Virus genome (UHGV): UHGV-0151125
Length of the DNA stretch: 17,225 nt
Direction: 5' to 3' (one strand)
Origin: a virus
The position numbers and the translations under genes are program-made. Positions 1 to 6,928 of the stretch are shown piece by piece. The first letter of the stretch is position 1; each line of letters begins with the position of its first letter. The notes beneath the pieces are model-generated. The model was not told the origin of the DNA, ran no database searches, and saw only the letters and a program-made list of their open reading frames with translations.

Positions 1-30
1 CGTGGGCTCGGAGATGTGTATAAGAGTCAG
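1..30. other. Illumina Nextera/Tn5 mosaic-end adapter remnant (rc of CTGTCTCTTATACACATCTCCGAGCCCACG, 1 mismatch); mirrored at 17196-17225
   Basis: Seen directly: 12-30 agatgtgtataagagtcag matches the 19-nt Tn5 ME with one T/A difference, preceded by cgtgggctcgg, the rc of CCGAGCCCACG of the Nextera read-2 adapter. The same sequence is mirrored at the right end. Confidence 0.85.
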
Positions 31-157
31 GTATAAAAGTAAATCTGACACCCTCTTTCCCCCCATCTTCAATTGTCTGCTGGATTTGATACCCTCATTA
101 TACAAGCTTCATCACCTCATGTCAAATCATTTTCCAATTGTCATCTCAATCATGCAA

Positions 158-178
158 TTAATGAACATCGTTCATCAA
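158..178. promoter_or_regulatory. Operator-like inverted repeat TTAATGAAC-atc-GTTCATCAA inside the ITR, centred about -58 from the early promoter start. A mirrored copy lies at 17048-17068.
   Basis: 9-nt arms are reverse-complementary with 1 mismatch and a 3-nt spacer. The same architecture recurs at 16611-16631. Confidence 0.5.
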
Positions 179-190
179 TGCGCTGTCAGT

Positions 191-219
191 TTGACAATGA
201 GTAAGGCGGCTGTTATACT
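191..219 (+). promoter_or_regulatory. Early promoter: TTGACA (191-196), 17-nt spacer, TATACT (214-219)
   Basis: Near-consensus sigma70 -35/-10 hexamers with optimal spacing, 37 nt upstream of the first CDS. The -35 lies inside the ITR. Confidence 0.6.
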
Positions 220-248
220 GTAAGTGTCAGTTAAACAAGTCAAAGGAG
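219..248 (+). promoter_or_regulatory. Conserved 30-nt leader tgtaagtgtcagttaaacaagtYaaaggag (copy A), ending in the RBS for the CDS at 256
   Basis: 29 of 30 nt identical to 680-709. Both copies abut a -10-like hexamer and end in AAAGGAG 6-7 nt before an ATG. Confidence 0.55.
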
Positions 249-255
249 TAGTACA

Positions 256-579
256 ATGGCGACTAAATTGGAAAAGAACGTTCGTAAGATTATCGACCAT
301 CACGGAGGGATGGTAGTGAACCGGGGCGTGACGGGTGGGTATTGGCACAATTGTGACGGTCTAGTCGAGGGGCGTTTGATTTGCGGCAAGTATGAGCGTA
401 ACAATTTGGCTATGTGGATTAAACACCATCCTGATGCCGAATTGGTTGAGAGTACGTTCGGGGCATTTTACCAGTTGAAAGGTTATTGCATCGCCACCGG
501 GGCGGGGTACGGGGGATTCGCGCACCGCCGTGCGAAGCAGGTATGGTATGCGGTCATCAAGATTGATGATGCGGACTAG
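256..579 (+). CDS. Hypothetical early protein, 107 aa
   Basis: ORF with RBS aaaggag 7 nt upstream, immediately downstream of the early promoter, in the AT-rich left arm. No family recognised. Confidence 0.6.
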   Translation: MATKLEKNVRKIIDHHGGMVVNRGVTGGYWHNCDGLVEGRLICGKYERNNLAMWIKHHPDAELVESTFGAFYQLKGYCIATGAGYGGFAHRRAKQVWYAVIKIDDAD

Positions 580-656
580 CTCCCCAATTATGTGGGTTGG
601 GATCTCAGCAGTGAATCCGGGCAATATTTTATCGACAATACGTTGAGGAGGCAACG

Positions 657-695
657 ATGGACGTGATTCTCGCTATCATTGTAAGTGTCAGTTAA
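657..695 (+). CDS. 12-aa upstream mini-ORF (MDVILAIIVSVS) with strong SD GAGGAGG; its stop lies inside leader copy B
   Basis: GAGGAGG at 645-651 with 5-nt spacing to ATG 657. Could be a regulatory uORF or chance. Confidence 0.2.
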   Translation: MDVILAIIVSVS

Positions 696-709
696 ACAAG
701 TTAAAGGAG
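680..709 (+). promoter_or_regulatory. Conserved 30-nt leader (copy B) preceded by TATCAT (674-679), ending in the RBS for the CDS at 716
   Basis: See copy A. No good -35 upstream, so this is either an activator-dependent promoter or an RNA leader/processing element. Confidence 0.5.
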
Positions 710-715
710 CCTACC

Positions 716-874
716 ATGTTCTACGTAATCAAATATTACCAGCGCAACAAAGATACCAAAGTTTACGAGTTGAAGCATATGCACTGTGACACGATCAAAG
801 CAGCATGCGAATATCTTCAATTCATGGAAAAACATCCGTCTTACGTTTTCGTTTCCATGAAAAAAGTAGGGTGA
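716..874 (+). CDS. Hypothetical small protein, 52 aa (MFYVIKYYQRNKDTKVYELKHMHCDTIKAACEYLQFMEKHPSYVFVSMKKVG)
   Basis: Translated by hand. RBS aaaggag at 703-709, 6 nt from the ATG. Below the ORF-track size cutoff. Confidence 0.5.
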   Translation: MFYVIKYYQRNKDTKVYELKHMHCDTIKAACEYLQFMEKHPSYVFVSMKKVG

Positions 875-876
875 CT

Positions 877-951
877 ATGAACGCTGAAACCATATTCGCC
901 ATCATAGCTTATGCAATCGGAATGGTTTACATTTGCAGGAGGCATCGATGA
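877..951 (+). CDS. 24-aa hydrophobic peptide with a basic C-terminus (MNAETIFAIIAYAIGMVYICRRHR), ATGA-coupled to the next ORF
   Basis: Hand translation. Its stop TGA at 949-951 overlaps ATG 948-950 of the downstream ORF. Composition resembles type I toxin-like membrane peptides. Weak RBS. Confidence 0.25.
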   Translation: MNAETIFAIIAYAIGMVYICRRHR

Positions 952-1151
952 AACATGAAAAGCAAGATTATTTAAATGGATACGAGCTTTCAAAGCTTCA
1001 TGGCTTCATCAAATTGAACGGTGATAGGCACGAGCATGGAAGCGTTCCTAAACATTTGAGCTATTGGGCTGAAAAAGGCTATATAGCTGGCATAGATGAA
1101 AGGGAGTTTAAAAGAGATTTAATTCTATATTTTTTAAAATTTGATTTGTGA
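948..1151 (+). CDS. Hypothetical early protein, 67 aa
   Basis: RBS gcaggagg at 935-942, 5 nt before ATG 948. The ORF track starts at an upstream TTG at 933. Confidence 0.5.
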   Translation: MKHEKQDYLNGYELSKLHGFIKLNGDRHEHGSVPKHLSYWAEKGYIAGIDEREFKRDLILYFLKFDL

Positions 1152-1160
1152 AGATTCTAT

Positions 1161-1190
1161 GAAAAGACCGGATTCCGGTCTTTTCTCTTT
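1161..1190. terminator. Rho-independent terminator (agaccgg-att-ccggtct + TTTCTCTTT). The upstream A-tract makes it potentially bidirectional.
   Basis: Perfect 7-bp GC-rich stem with a 3-nt loop and a T-rich tail, 10 nt after the stop of the 948-1151 ORF. Marks the AT-rich/GC-rich boundary. Confidence 0.7.
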
Positions 1191-1248
1191 CAACCCGCGT
1201 ATAATGGATATCGTCAAAGCAAGCCGACCGATCAAAGGAGATTACATT

Positions 1249-1512
1249 ATGGCTGCTATCACCCGCACTTTCAAGAGTTTCGAGCTGACCGCGTACGAAC
1301 TGGATGATTCAATCCCGCCCAGCGTGCGCGCTGTCGCCCAGTACGTCGTGCTGGACACCAACATGAACGCCCGCAAAGCCCGTATCGCCTTCCGCGATGC
1401 CGGCGTGGCGCTGCCCAAGGGCTGCACGATCAAGTGGGTCGAAGGCGAGGAGAAGACCTATTCCATGCCCGTGGAAACGTTCCTCGAAAACGCTACCGTC
1501 GTCGACGCTTAA
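1249..1512 (+). CDS. Small early protein, 87 aa; candidate p6-like dsDNA-binding protein by position and size (tentative)
   Basis: RBS aaaggag at 1234-1240. First gene of the GC-rich replication operon. The C-terminal segment EKTYSMPVETF resembles my recollection of phi29 p6, but that is recall, not a search. Confidence 0.5.
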   Translation: MAAITRTFKSFELTAYELDDSIPPSVRAVAQYVVLDTNMNARKARIAFRDAGVALPKGCTIKWVEGEEKTYSMPVETFLENATVVDA

Positions 1513-1537
1513 ACCATCTGACTAGAAGGAGAAAACC

Positions 1538-1999
1538 ATGCCCGAGAACAAAGACATCGCCATCGCCGAGGAAATGCCCGTCAACGACCTCGCACCTGCC
1601 CGCACGTACGCCATCGCCGAGCTTGCCAAGCCCGAGGACAACACGTTCTGCTCGGTGAACCCGGAGCTTGGAGCGGATGCCAAGAAGCTGATCTACAACG
1701 CGTCCAACAACCCGACGCACAAGATCGACGACTTCATCAACAAGCAGATCGCGCTGAAAGACCTGTTCGTGGAGATCATCGAAATCGCAGACGAGGACGG
1801 CACCGTGGAGCAAGCCCCGCGCATCGTCCTCATCGACGACAAGGGCGAGAGCTACCAGTGCGTTTCGAACGGCGTGTGGGGCTCGCTCAAGAAGATGTTC
1901 GCCGTCTACGGAGCGCCAACCTACGAGGAGCCTATCAACGTGGTCGTCAAGCAGGTGAAGGTTAAGCGCGGCACGATGCTCACACTCGAAGTCGCTTAA
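1538..1999 (+). CDS. Hypothetical early protein, 153 aa; candidate ssDNA-binding protein by synteny (phi29 gene 5 position)
   Basis: RBS aaggag at 1526-1531. Followed by a strong terminator. Function inferred only from gene order. Confidence 0.5.
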   Translation: MPENKDIAIAEEMPVNDLAPARTYAIAELAKPEDNTFCSVNPELGADAKKLIYNASNNPTHKIDDFINKQIALKDLFVEIIEIADEDGTVEQAPRIVLIDDKGESYQCVSNGVWGSLKKMFAVYGAPTYEEPINVVVKQVKVKRGTMLTLEVA

Positions 2000-2012
2000 A
2001 GTTCTCAATCAC

Positions 2013-2041
2013 AGGCCGCACCCAGCGTGCGGCCTTTTTTT
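2013..2041 (+). terminator. Rho-independent terminator (aggccgcac-ccagc-gtgcggcct + TTTTTTT)
   Basis: 9-bp perfect GC-rich stem, 5-nt loop, 7 T's, directly after the stop at 1999. Confidence 0.8.
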
Positions 2042-2052
2042 CAGGAGGAGCC

Positions 2053-2361
2053 ATGTTGTCGCTTGCAGACAAGGATTTGATGGAGCAGTTCGTAGCGGAC
2101 TCGTCGAACAGGGTGTTGAAAAAAGAGCTATGGGCGCATGCCGTCGTCCCGCAAGGCGTGGTCGTTTTCAACCGCCATCGTAACGGGCGCATCGAATATA
2201 TGTTCACCAAGGACGACAAGTTCGATATGAAGCGGGACGACATAAACGACCTGCGCGAGCTTGTGCGCCGCTACGTCATAGACGATTATATCGGACTCGT
2301 CTTCGTCATGCATTCGCAAGCGCTGAAAACGGTTTCCAAGCATATCAAATATCGTTATTGA
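2053..2361 (+). CDS. Hypothetical early protein, 102 aa (possible regulator by position, unproven)
   Basis: RBS caggaggag at 2042-2050, ATG at 2053. Confidence 0.55.
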   Translation: MLSLADKDLMEQFVADSSNRVLKKELWAHAVVPQGVVVFNRHRNGRIEYMFTKDDKFDMKRDDINDLRELVRRYVIDDYIGLVFVMHSQALKTVSKHIKYRY

Positions 2362-2374
2362 AAGGAGGTGCGCC

Positions 2375-2779
2375 ATGCCTTCGAAAAACGGCGTTTTCTA
2401 CGAGTTGAAGGAATCGCCTTACTCTTTCATGTACGGAGACTGTACGTTCTTCTTCTCGTCTAGGAGGCATCTTTACAGTTTCATGGACAAGATCTGCGTC
2501 AGAACGCAATGGCTGGACGACAGCATGGAAAAGCGTTTCCACTTCTACGTCAATATGCAGCTGGCCGCCGCGTTCCAACTGTATTTCACGGTGGAGACCA
2601 GGGGGTGCTACGTCAGATTGGAAAACGGTGAGGAGCTGACATGCAGAGAGAACCTAAGATTAAATGGACTGAAAGCCAGCGTTCGCGCCTCAACTCCGCA
2701 GTCCGAAAGTACAACAACGCCATTCGACGGGCTATGCGGGCGAATCCCGTCAACGCCCGGTTCATGCCCGAACCGGTAA
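2375..2779 (+). CDS. Hypothetical early protein. The N-terminal ~90 aa are convincing; the 3' end overlaps the terminal-protein gene by 139 nt, so the true stop is uncertain.
   Basis: RBS aaaggagg at 2361-2368. Aromatic/Cys-rich, protein-like N-terminus. The C-terminal extension may be chance read-through in GC-rich DNA or a frameshift artefact. Confidence 0.4.
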   Translation: MPSKNGVFYELKESPYSFMYGDCTFFFSSRRHLYSFMDKICVRTQWLDDSMEKRFHFYVNMQLAAAFQLYFTVETRGCYVRLENGEELTCRENLRLNGLKASVRASTPQSESTTTPFDGLCGRIPSTPGSCPNR

Positions 2780-3381
2780 GCTACAAGGATGTCAAAGCCG
2801 AGATCAAGAGCGCGCGCGTGCTTAACAACACGGTCGCGCGCTTGCTGCGCGCTACGCGCAAAGGAGCCTTGGACTTGACGACCGTCGGCGAGGGAGGCAT
2901 TGCCACGCGCTACGAAGTGCGGGAGTTCCAGATCGCGAAAGCCGTCAACGAGCGGCGCAAGTCGCTCAGGCGCAAGAAGCTGGGGATCGACTACGGCCAG
3001 ACCCTGGGACGCATGGGAACGTTGCAGCAGAACAACCTCCTTCCCGACAAGCGCACCGCGCGAGACTTCTCTCCCATCGCCCTCAAGCGCTTCATCAAGC
3101 GTTACGAGGAGCTGAGCGCTACGAGTTCCTATGAAAGGCTGAACAGGTACTACAAGAACTATATCAAAGGCCTCAACACGGTGTTCGGCGGCTACTCCGA
3201 GTTCGATGCGGCTATATCGCAGATCGCGAAGAAGATCGAATCCATGATGAAGTCCAACGCGGGCGACCTCATGGATTTCTTCGAGTCCGGAGACGAGCTT
3301 TTGAACATCGAGTACATTTACGCTCCTGAAGACCGCGCCGACAAGATGGGCTATATCCTCGACAGATGGGCTGAGCTATGA
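2641..3381 (+). CDS. Terminal protein (primer protein for protein-primed replication), 246 aa
   Basis: Basic 246-aa protein immediately upstream of the protein-primed DNAP. RBS ggtgaggag. The basic N-terminus and the segment GGYSEFDAAISQIAKKIES resemble phi29 p3 (GSFNSFDAADELIEELKK) as recalled. Size and synteny are typical. Confidence 0.7.
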   Translation: MQREPKIKWTESQRSRLNSAVRKYNNAIRRAMRANPVNARFMPEPVSYKDVKAEIKSARVLNNTVARLLRATRKGALDLTTVGEGGIATRYEVREFQIAKAVNERRKSLRRKKLGIDYGQTLGRMGTLQQNNLLPDKRTARDFSPIALKRFIKRYEELSATSSYERLNRYYKNYIKGLNTVFGGYSEFDAAISQIAKKIESMMKSNAGDLMDFFESGDELLNIEYIYAPEDRADKMGYILDRWAEL

Positions 3382-3382
3382 T

Positions 3383-5071
3383 ATGCAGTACTTCACGGCC
3401 GATTTCGAAACGACGGCAGACGACCTGACCCGGACGCGAGTTTGGGCGTGGGCTGCCTGCACCTTGAAAACCTACGATATAACGACCGGAACTTCCATCG
3501 AAGGGTTCGTGGAATGGTGCGAGCGCGCCCCGGACGCTCGCGTGTACTTCCACAACCTGAAATTCGACGGGAAGTTCATCATATCGCATCTGCTCGATGC
3601 GGGGTGGGAATGGATTCCCAGCCACGGAGAGCAAGCGCCCTACCGGTTCACGACGTTGATCAGCGACATGAACCAGTTCTACACCATCAAGCTCTGTTTC
3701 GGGCGCGGGCATTATATCGAATTCTGCGATTCGTTGAAGATCATCAGCTTGCCGGTCGCGAAGATTCCGAAGGCGTTCGGCTTCGAGGATGAGGACGCGA
3801 AGCTCGAGATAGACTACACGGGGCATCGCGATCCCGATCACGTTCTCACGCAGCAGGAGATAGACTACATATCGGCAGATGTCAGGATCGTGGCGCGCGC
3901 CTTGGGCGAGCTGATCGACCAGGGCGCGACCAGGATCACGGCGGGATCGAACGCCATCGCCGAGTACAAGAAGACGATAGGAGGCGAGAAGGGGTTCAGG
4001 CGCACCTTTCCGGTGTGCGACTACGACGCGGAGATCCGGCCATGCTACAAGGGAGGATTCACCTACGTCAACCCCGATTTCAAAGGGCGCGACATCGGGG
4101 AGGGTATCGTCCTGGACGTTAACAGCCTGTACCCTTCCGTCATGGCCGGTGTTGGAGGCGAGACCCTGCCGTACGGCGATCCGATGCTCTTCGAAGGGGA
4201 GTACGTCCCGGATCCTCGATACCCGCTCTACATACAGACCGTGACCGTCGACTTCAAGCTCAAGCCCGGCTTCATCCCGTGCTTGCAGCTCAAAGGCAAT
4301 TTGAGCTTCATGCCGACCGAATACGTAGTCGATTCCAAAGGAGAGCAGACGCTGGTGTTGACCAGCGTCGACTTGGCGCTTCTGCGCGACCACTACGATG
4401 TCTATTCCATCCGCTACGGCAAAGGCTGGAAGTTCAAGGCATCGAACAAGCTATTCTACGATTTCATCATGGCGGCCAACGAGGAGAAGGTGCATGCGGC
4501 CGAGGAGGGAAACGCCGGCAAGCGGTACATGGCGAAGCTCAAGATGAACTCCTCGTACGGGAAGATGGCGACGCATCCGGTCAAACGGAGCCGCCGGCCG
4601 GTCATGTGCGAGGACGGCATAGTGCGCTACCCTCTGCTCGAACCGGAAGAGACCGACGGCATGTACCTGCCGGCCGGGGCTTTCATCACGGCATGGGCGA
4701 GGAACAAGACGATACGGAGCGCGCAGAAGGTGAAGGATCGTTTCCTCTACGCCGACACCGATTCTCTTCATCTGGCCGGAACCGAGATCCCGGAAGAGCT
4801 TGACGTGGACGATTACAGATTGGGCGCGTGGAAGCTCGAAAGCACGTTTCAGCGCGCCAGGTTCCTGCGCCCGAAGACCTATATCGAGGACGAGGGCGGC
4901 AAGCTCACCGTGCATTGCGCGGGGTTGCCCGAATCGTGCCATCCTCACGTCACATGGGATAATTTCCATGTCGGCGCGAAATTTCCGGGAAAACTCTATT
5001 CCAAGACCGTAAAAGGCGGTATTATACTATGCGAAGGTGATTTTGTCATCAGAAAGGAGGCAGGCTTATGA
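3383..5071 (+). CDS. Family-B DNA polymerase, protein-primed type (phi29 p2-like), 562 aa
   Basis: Motifs seen in the translation: Exo I DFETT, Exo II YFHNLKFDGKF, motif A DVNSLYPSVM, motif B KMNSSYGKM, motif C YADTDS, KTY. Length is typical of protein-primed DNAPs. ATGA-type coupling to neighbouring genes. Confidence 0.92.
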   Translation: MQYFTADFETTADDLTRTRVWAWAACTLKTYDITTGTSIEGFVEWCERAPDARVYFHNLKFDGKFIISHLLDAGWEWIPSHGEQAPYRFTTLISDMNQFYTIKLCFGRGHYIEFCDSLKIISLPVAKIPKAFGFEDEDAKLEIDYTGHRDPDHVLTQQEIDYISADVRIVARALGELIDQGATRITAGSNAIAEYKKTIGGEKGFRRTFPVCDYDAEIRPCYKGGFTYVNPDFKGRDIGEGIVLDVNSLYPSVMAGVGGETLPYGDPMLFEGEYVPDPRYPLYIQTVTVDFKLKPGFIPCLQLKGNLSFMPTEYVVDSKGEQTLVLTSVDLALLRDHYDVYSIRYGKGWKFKASNKLFYDFIMAANEEKVHAAEEGNAGKRYMAKLKMNSSYGKMATHPVKRSRRPVMCEDGIVRYPLLEPEETDGMYLPAGAFITAWARNKTIRSAQKVKDRFLYADTDSLHLAGTEIPEELDVDDYRLGAWKLESTFQRARFLRPKTYIEDEGGKLTVHCAGLPESCHPHVTWDNFHVGAKFPGKLYSKTVKGGIILCEGDFVIRKEAGL

Positions 5072-5424
5072 GCAGGTACCAATCGGGCTTGCGCGAGCTG
5101 GCGATGGAGCCGGACGAGGACAAGCGTCTCGAGATGGCCGCCGCTATCGACGAGGACGCGGCCGAGCTGGACGACCGCTGGGACGAGCGCGAGGGCTGGC
5201 GAAACGAGCGAGAGGAGTGGGACGTGGAGCGCGACCGCCTGAACGCGGAGCGCGACGAGGCCATCGCCGAGCGCGACCGCTACCGCGAGGAGCGCGACGA
5301 GTCGCGCCGCAGGTACGCCGACCGGTTCTTCGCCGTCGAAGGCCAGACGCTGCTCCATGCGAACGAGGTAGGCGAGGAAGTTCGGCGCGAGCCGATCCGC
5401 TCAGCCGACGAGATCTGGGATTAA
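5068..5424 (+). CDS. Acidic coiled-coil protein, 118 aa; scaffolding-protein candidate (phi29 gp7 position)
   Basis: RBS aaaggagg at 5053-5060. ATGA overlap with the DNAP stop. Highly charged E/R/D-rich helical sequence immediately upstream of the major capsid gene. Confidence 0.55.
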   Translation: MSRYQSGLRELAMEPDEDKRLEMAAAIDEDAAELDDRWDEREGWRNEREEWDVERDRLNAERDEAIAERDRYREERDESRRRYADRFFAVEGQTLLHANEVGEEVRREPIRSADEIWD

Positions 5425-5433
5425 GGAGAGATT

Positions 5434-6915
5434 ATGGCAGTTAAGCAACCTAACATGAAAGCCGCCGATTCGCCGATCGTCATGAAGGCCGGCGATACGG
5501 CAGCGCGCGAGACGGCTGCGCAGAAGGCGGTCGAAGCGACCATCAACGAGACTCCGGAGGTAGCGTCCGCGCTCGCGGCTCGCGGGATCCCGGCGACTTA
5601 CGACTCGAACAACCGCGCCTACGTGGAGCTTGCGGGAACCACCGACGAGCTCCACGTCATCGGCGAGTACCTGACCAGCTACCAGCCCGCGCGAAACGCG
5701 TTTCTGAACGCGCTCGTGAACCGCATCGGCCTCACCATCGTGACCTCCAAGCTGTACCGCAACCCCTGGGCGGTGTTCAAGCGCGGGTACCTCGAGTTCG
5801 GAGACACGATCGAGGAAATCTTCGTCAACCTCGCCGACGTTCACGGCTTCTACCCCGAGGGCGCGGAGGACACGTTCGCCAAGCGCGAGCTTCCCGACGT
5901 GCGCACCGCGTTCCACCGTATGAACTTCCAGAAGTTCTACAAGACGACCGTCTCCTCCCAGCAGCTGCGCCAGGCGACCCTGTCCTGGACGGCCGTTAGC
6001 GACCTGATCGCGCGCATCATCGAGTCTCTCTACACCAGCGCCAACACGGACGAGTACTACGTCATGCGCTATTTCCTGGCCAAGTGCCTCCTCAACGGCT
6101 ATATCGGATCGGTGGAGATTCCCGCGATCGGCAAGGACAACGCCGTCGACATCGCCACGCAGTTCCAGTACATGTCCGACCTGTTCCAGTACCAGTCCAC
6201 GAAGTACAACATGGCGGGCGTGACCACGCACACGGACTTCGAAGACCAGTACTTCATCGTCACGGCCAAGTTCAAGGCCACGATGAACATGAACGTGCTG
6301 GCCACCGCGTTTAATCTGGAGTACCGCGAGTTCCAGGCGCGCATGATCACGGTCGACACGTTCACCGACTTCGACTGGGTTCGCATGGACGCGCTGTTCA
6401 CCGACCCGGCCACCGGCAAGCTCGATCCGAACTACCACCGCTTCACGCAAGAGGAGATCGCGCTGCTCGAGAGCGTGCCGGCGGTGCTGGTGTCGCGCGA
6501 TTGGTGGATGGTGCTGGACAACTACGTGGAGTCCGCGCAGTGGTTCAACGGCGAAGGGGTGTACTGGAACCATTGGCACCATGTGTGGAAGACCATCAGC
6601 TGCTCGCCGTTCGGGCAGGCGGCCGCCTTCACCCCGACCGCCCCGACCATCACGAGCGTGACGGTCACCCCCGCGACCGCCACGCTTTCCAAGGGAGCCG
6701 ACCTGCAGCTGTCTGCCGCGGTCGTCGGAACCGGCATCGTGAACCATGGCGTGCAGTGGACGGTGACCGGAGGCGCGGCATCCGGCACGACCGTCACCAA
6801 CGGCGGGTACCTGCATGTGGCGGCCAACGAGACGGCGACGACGCTCACCGTCACGGCAACCTCCATCCAGGACGGAACGAAGACGGGCGAATCCACCATC
6901 ACCGTCACCGCATAG
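5434..6915 (+). CDS. Major capsid protein (phi29 gp8-like) with a C-terminal Ig-like (BIG2-type) domain, 493 aa
   Basis: RBS aaggagag. Multiple segments match phi29 gp8 as recalled (LVNRIGLTIV, GDTIEEIF, RDWWMVLDNY, GVYWNHWHHVWKTIS). The C-terminal T/V-rich repeat region is typical of BIG2. Confidence 0.85.
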   Translation: MAVKQPNMKAADSPIVMKAGDTAARETAAQKAVEATINETPEVASALAARGIPATYDSNNRAYVELAGTTDELHVIGEYLTSYQPARNAFLNALVNRIGLTIVTSKLYRNPWAVFKRGYLEFGDTIEEIFVNLADVHGFYPEGAEDTFAKRELPDVRTAFHRMNFQKFYKTTVSSQQLRQATLSWTAVSDLIARIIESLYTSANTDEYYVMRYFLAKCLLNGYIGSVEIPAIGKDNAVDIATQFQYMSDLFQYQSTKYNMAGVTTHTDFEDQYFIVTAKFKATMNMNVLATAFNLEYREFQARMITVDTFTDFDWVRMDALFTDPATGKLDPNYHRFTQEEIALLESVPAVLVSRDWWMVLDNYVESAQWFNGEGVYWNHWHHVWKTISCSPFGQAAAFTPTAPTITSVTVTPATATLSKGADLQLSAAVVGTGIVNHGVQWTVTGGAASGTTVTNGGYLHVAANETATTLTVTATSIQDGTKTGESTITVTA

Positions 6916-6928
6916 CCTATGTTCTGCC

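Larger units (their letters stand above)
1..210. repeat. Left inverted terminal repeat (perfect reverse complement of 17016-17225; 31-210 is the phage-derived part)
   Basis: Base-by-base comparison shows identity through 210/17016 and divergence from 211/17015. Long ITRs are known for protein-primed phages such as Cp-1 (Cp-1's long ITRs are established knowledge). Confidence 0.7.

Noticed and set aside
1-30. Tn5-family transposon or mobile-element interpretation of the terminal mosaic-end sequences
   Set aside because: The ME is followed by the Illumina-specific CCGAGCCCACG adapter tail and no transposase gene is present. It is a sequencing adapter, not a mobile element.
2-223. ORFs running through the ITRs (2-223 + and 16709-17224 -, sharing the identical N-terminus MGSEMCIRV...)
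   Set aside because: They start inside the library adapter and ITR and are mirror images of each other. They are artefacts of the inverted repeat in AT-rich sequence.
584-640. Possible small hairpin ccccaattatgtgggttgggg in the 579-716 intergenic region as a terminator
   Set aside because: The stem is short and imperfect with no U-tract.
5037-5444. Alternative-frame Arg-rich ORF (135 aa) overlapping the scaffold-like gene, and the similar 6501-6971 and 7220-8293 + ORFs
   Set aside because: Extreme Arg/Gly/Pro content and lack of RBS. These are out-of-frame shadows of real GC-rich genes.
5401-6816. Long minus-strand ORFs (5401-6816 471 aa; 7110-8555 481 aa; 3269-4393 374 aa; 9291-9917; 10470-11330; 13501-14328 and others)
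   Set aside because: They run antisense to + strand genes whose products have clear homology to phi29 structural or replication proteins. They are Arg/Gly/Ala/His-rich with poly-R runs typical of spurious ORFs in high-GC DNA, and they lack RBSs.
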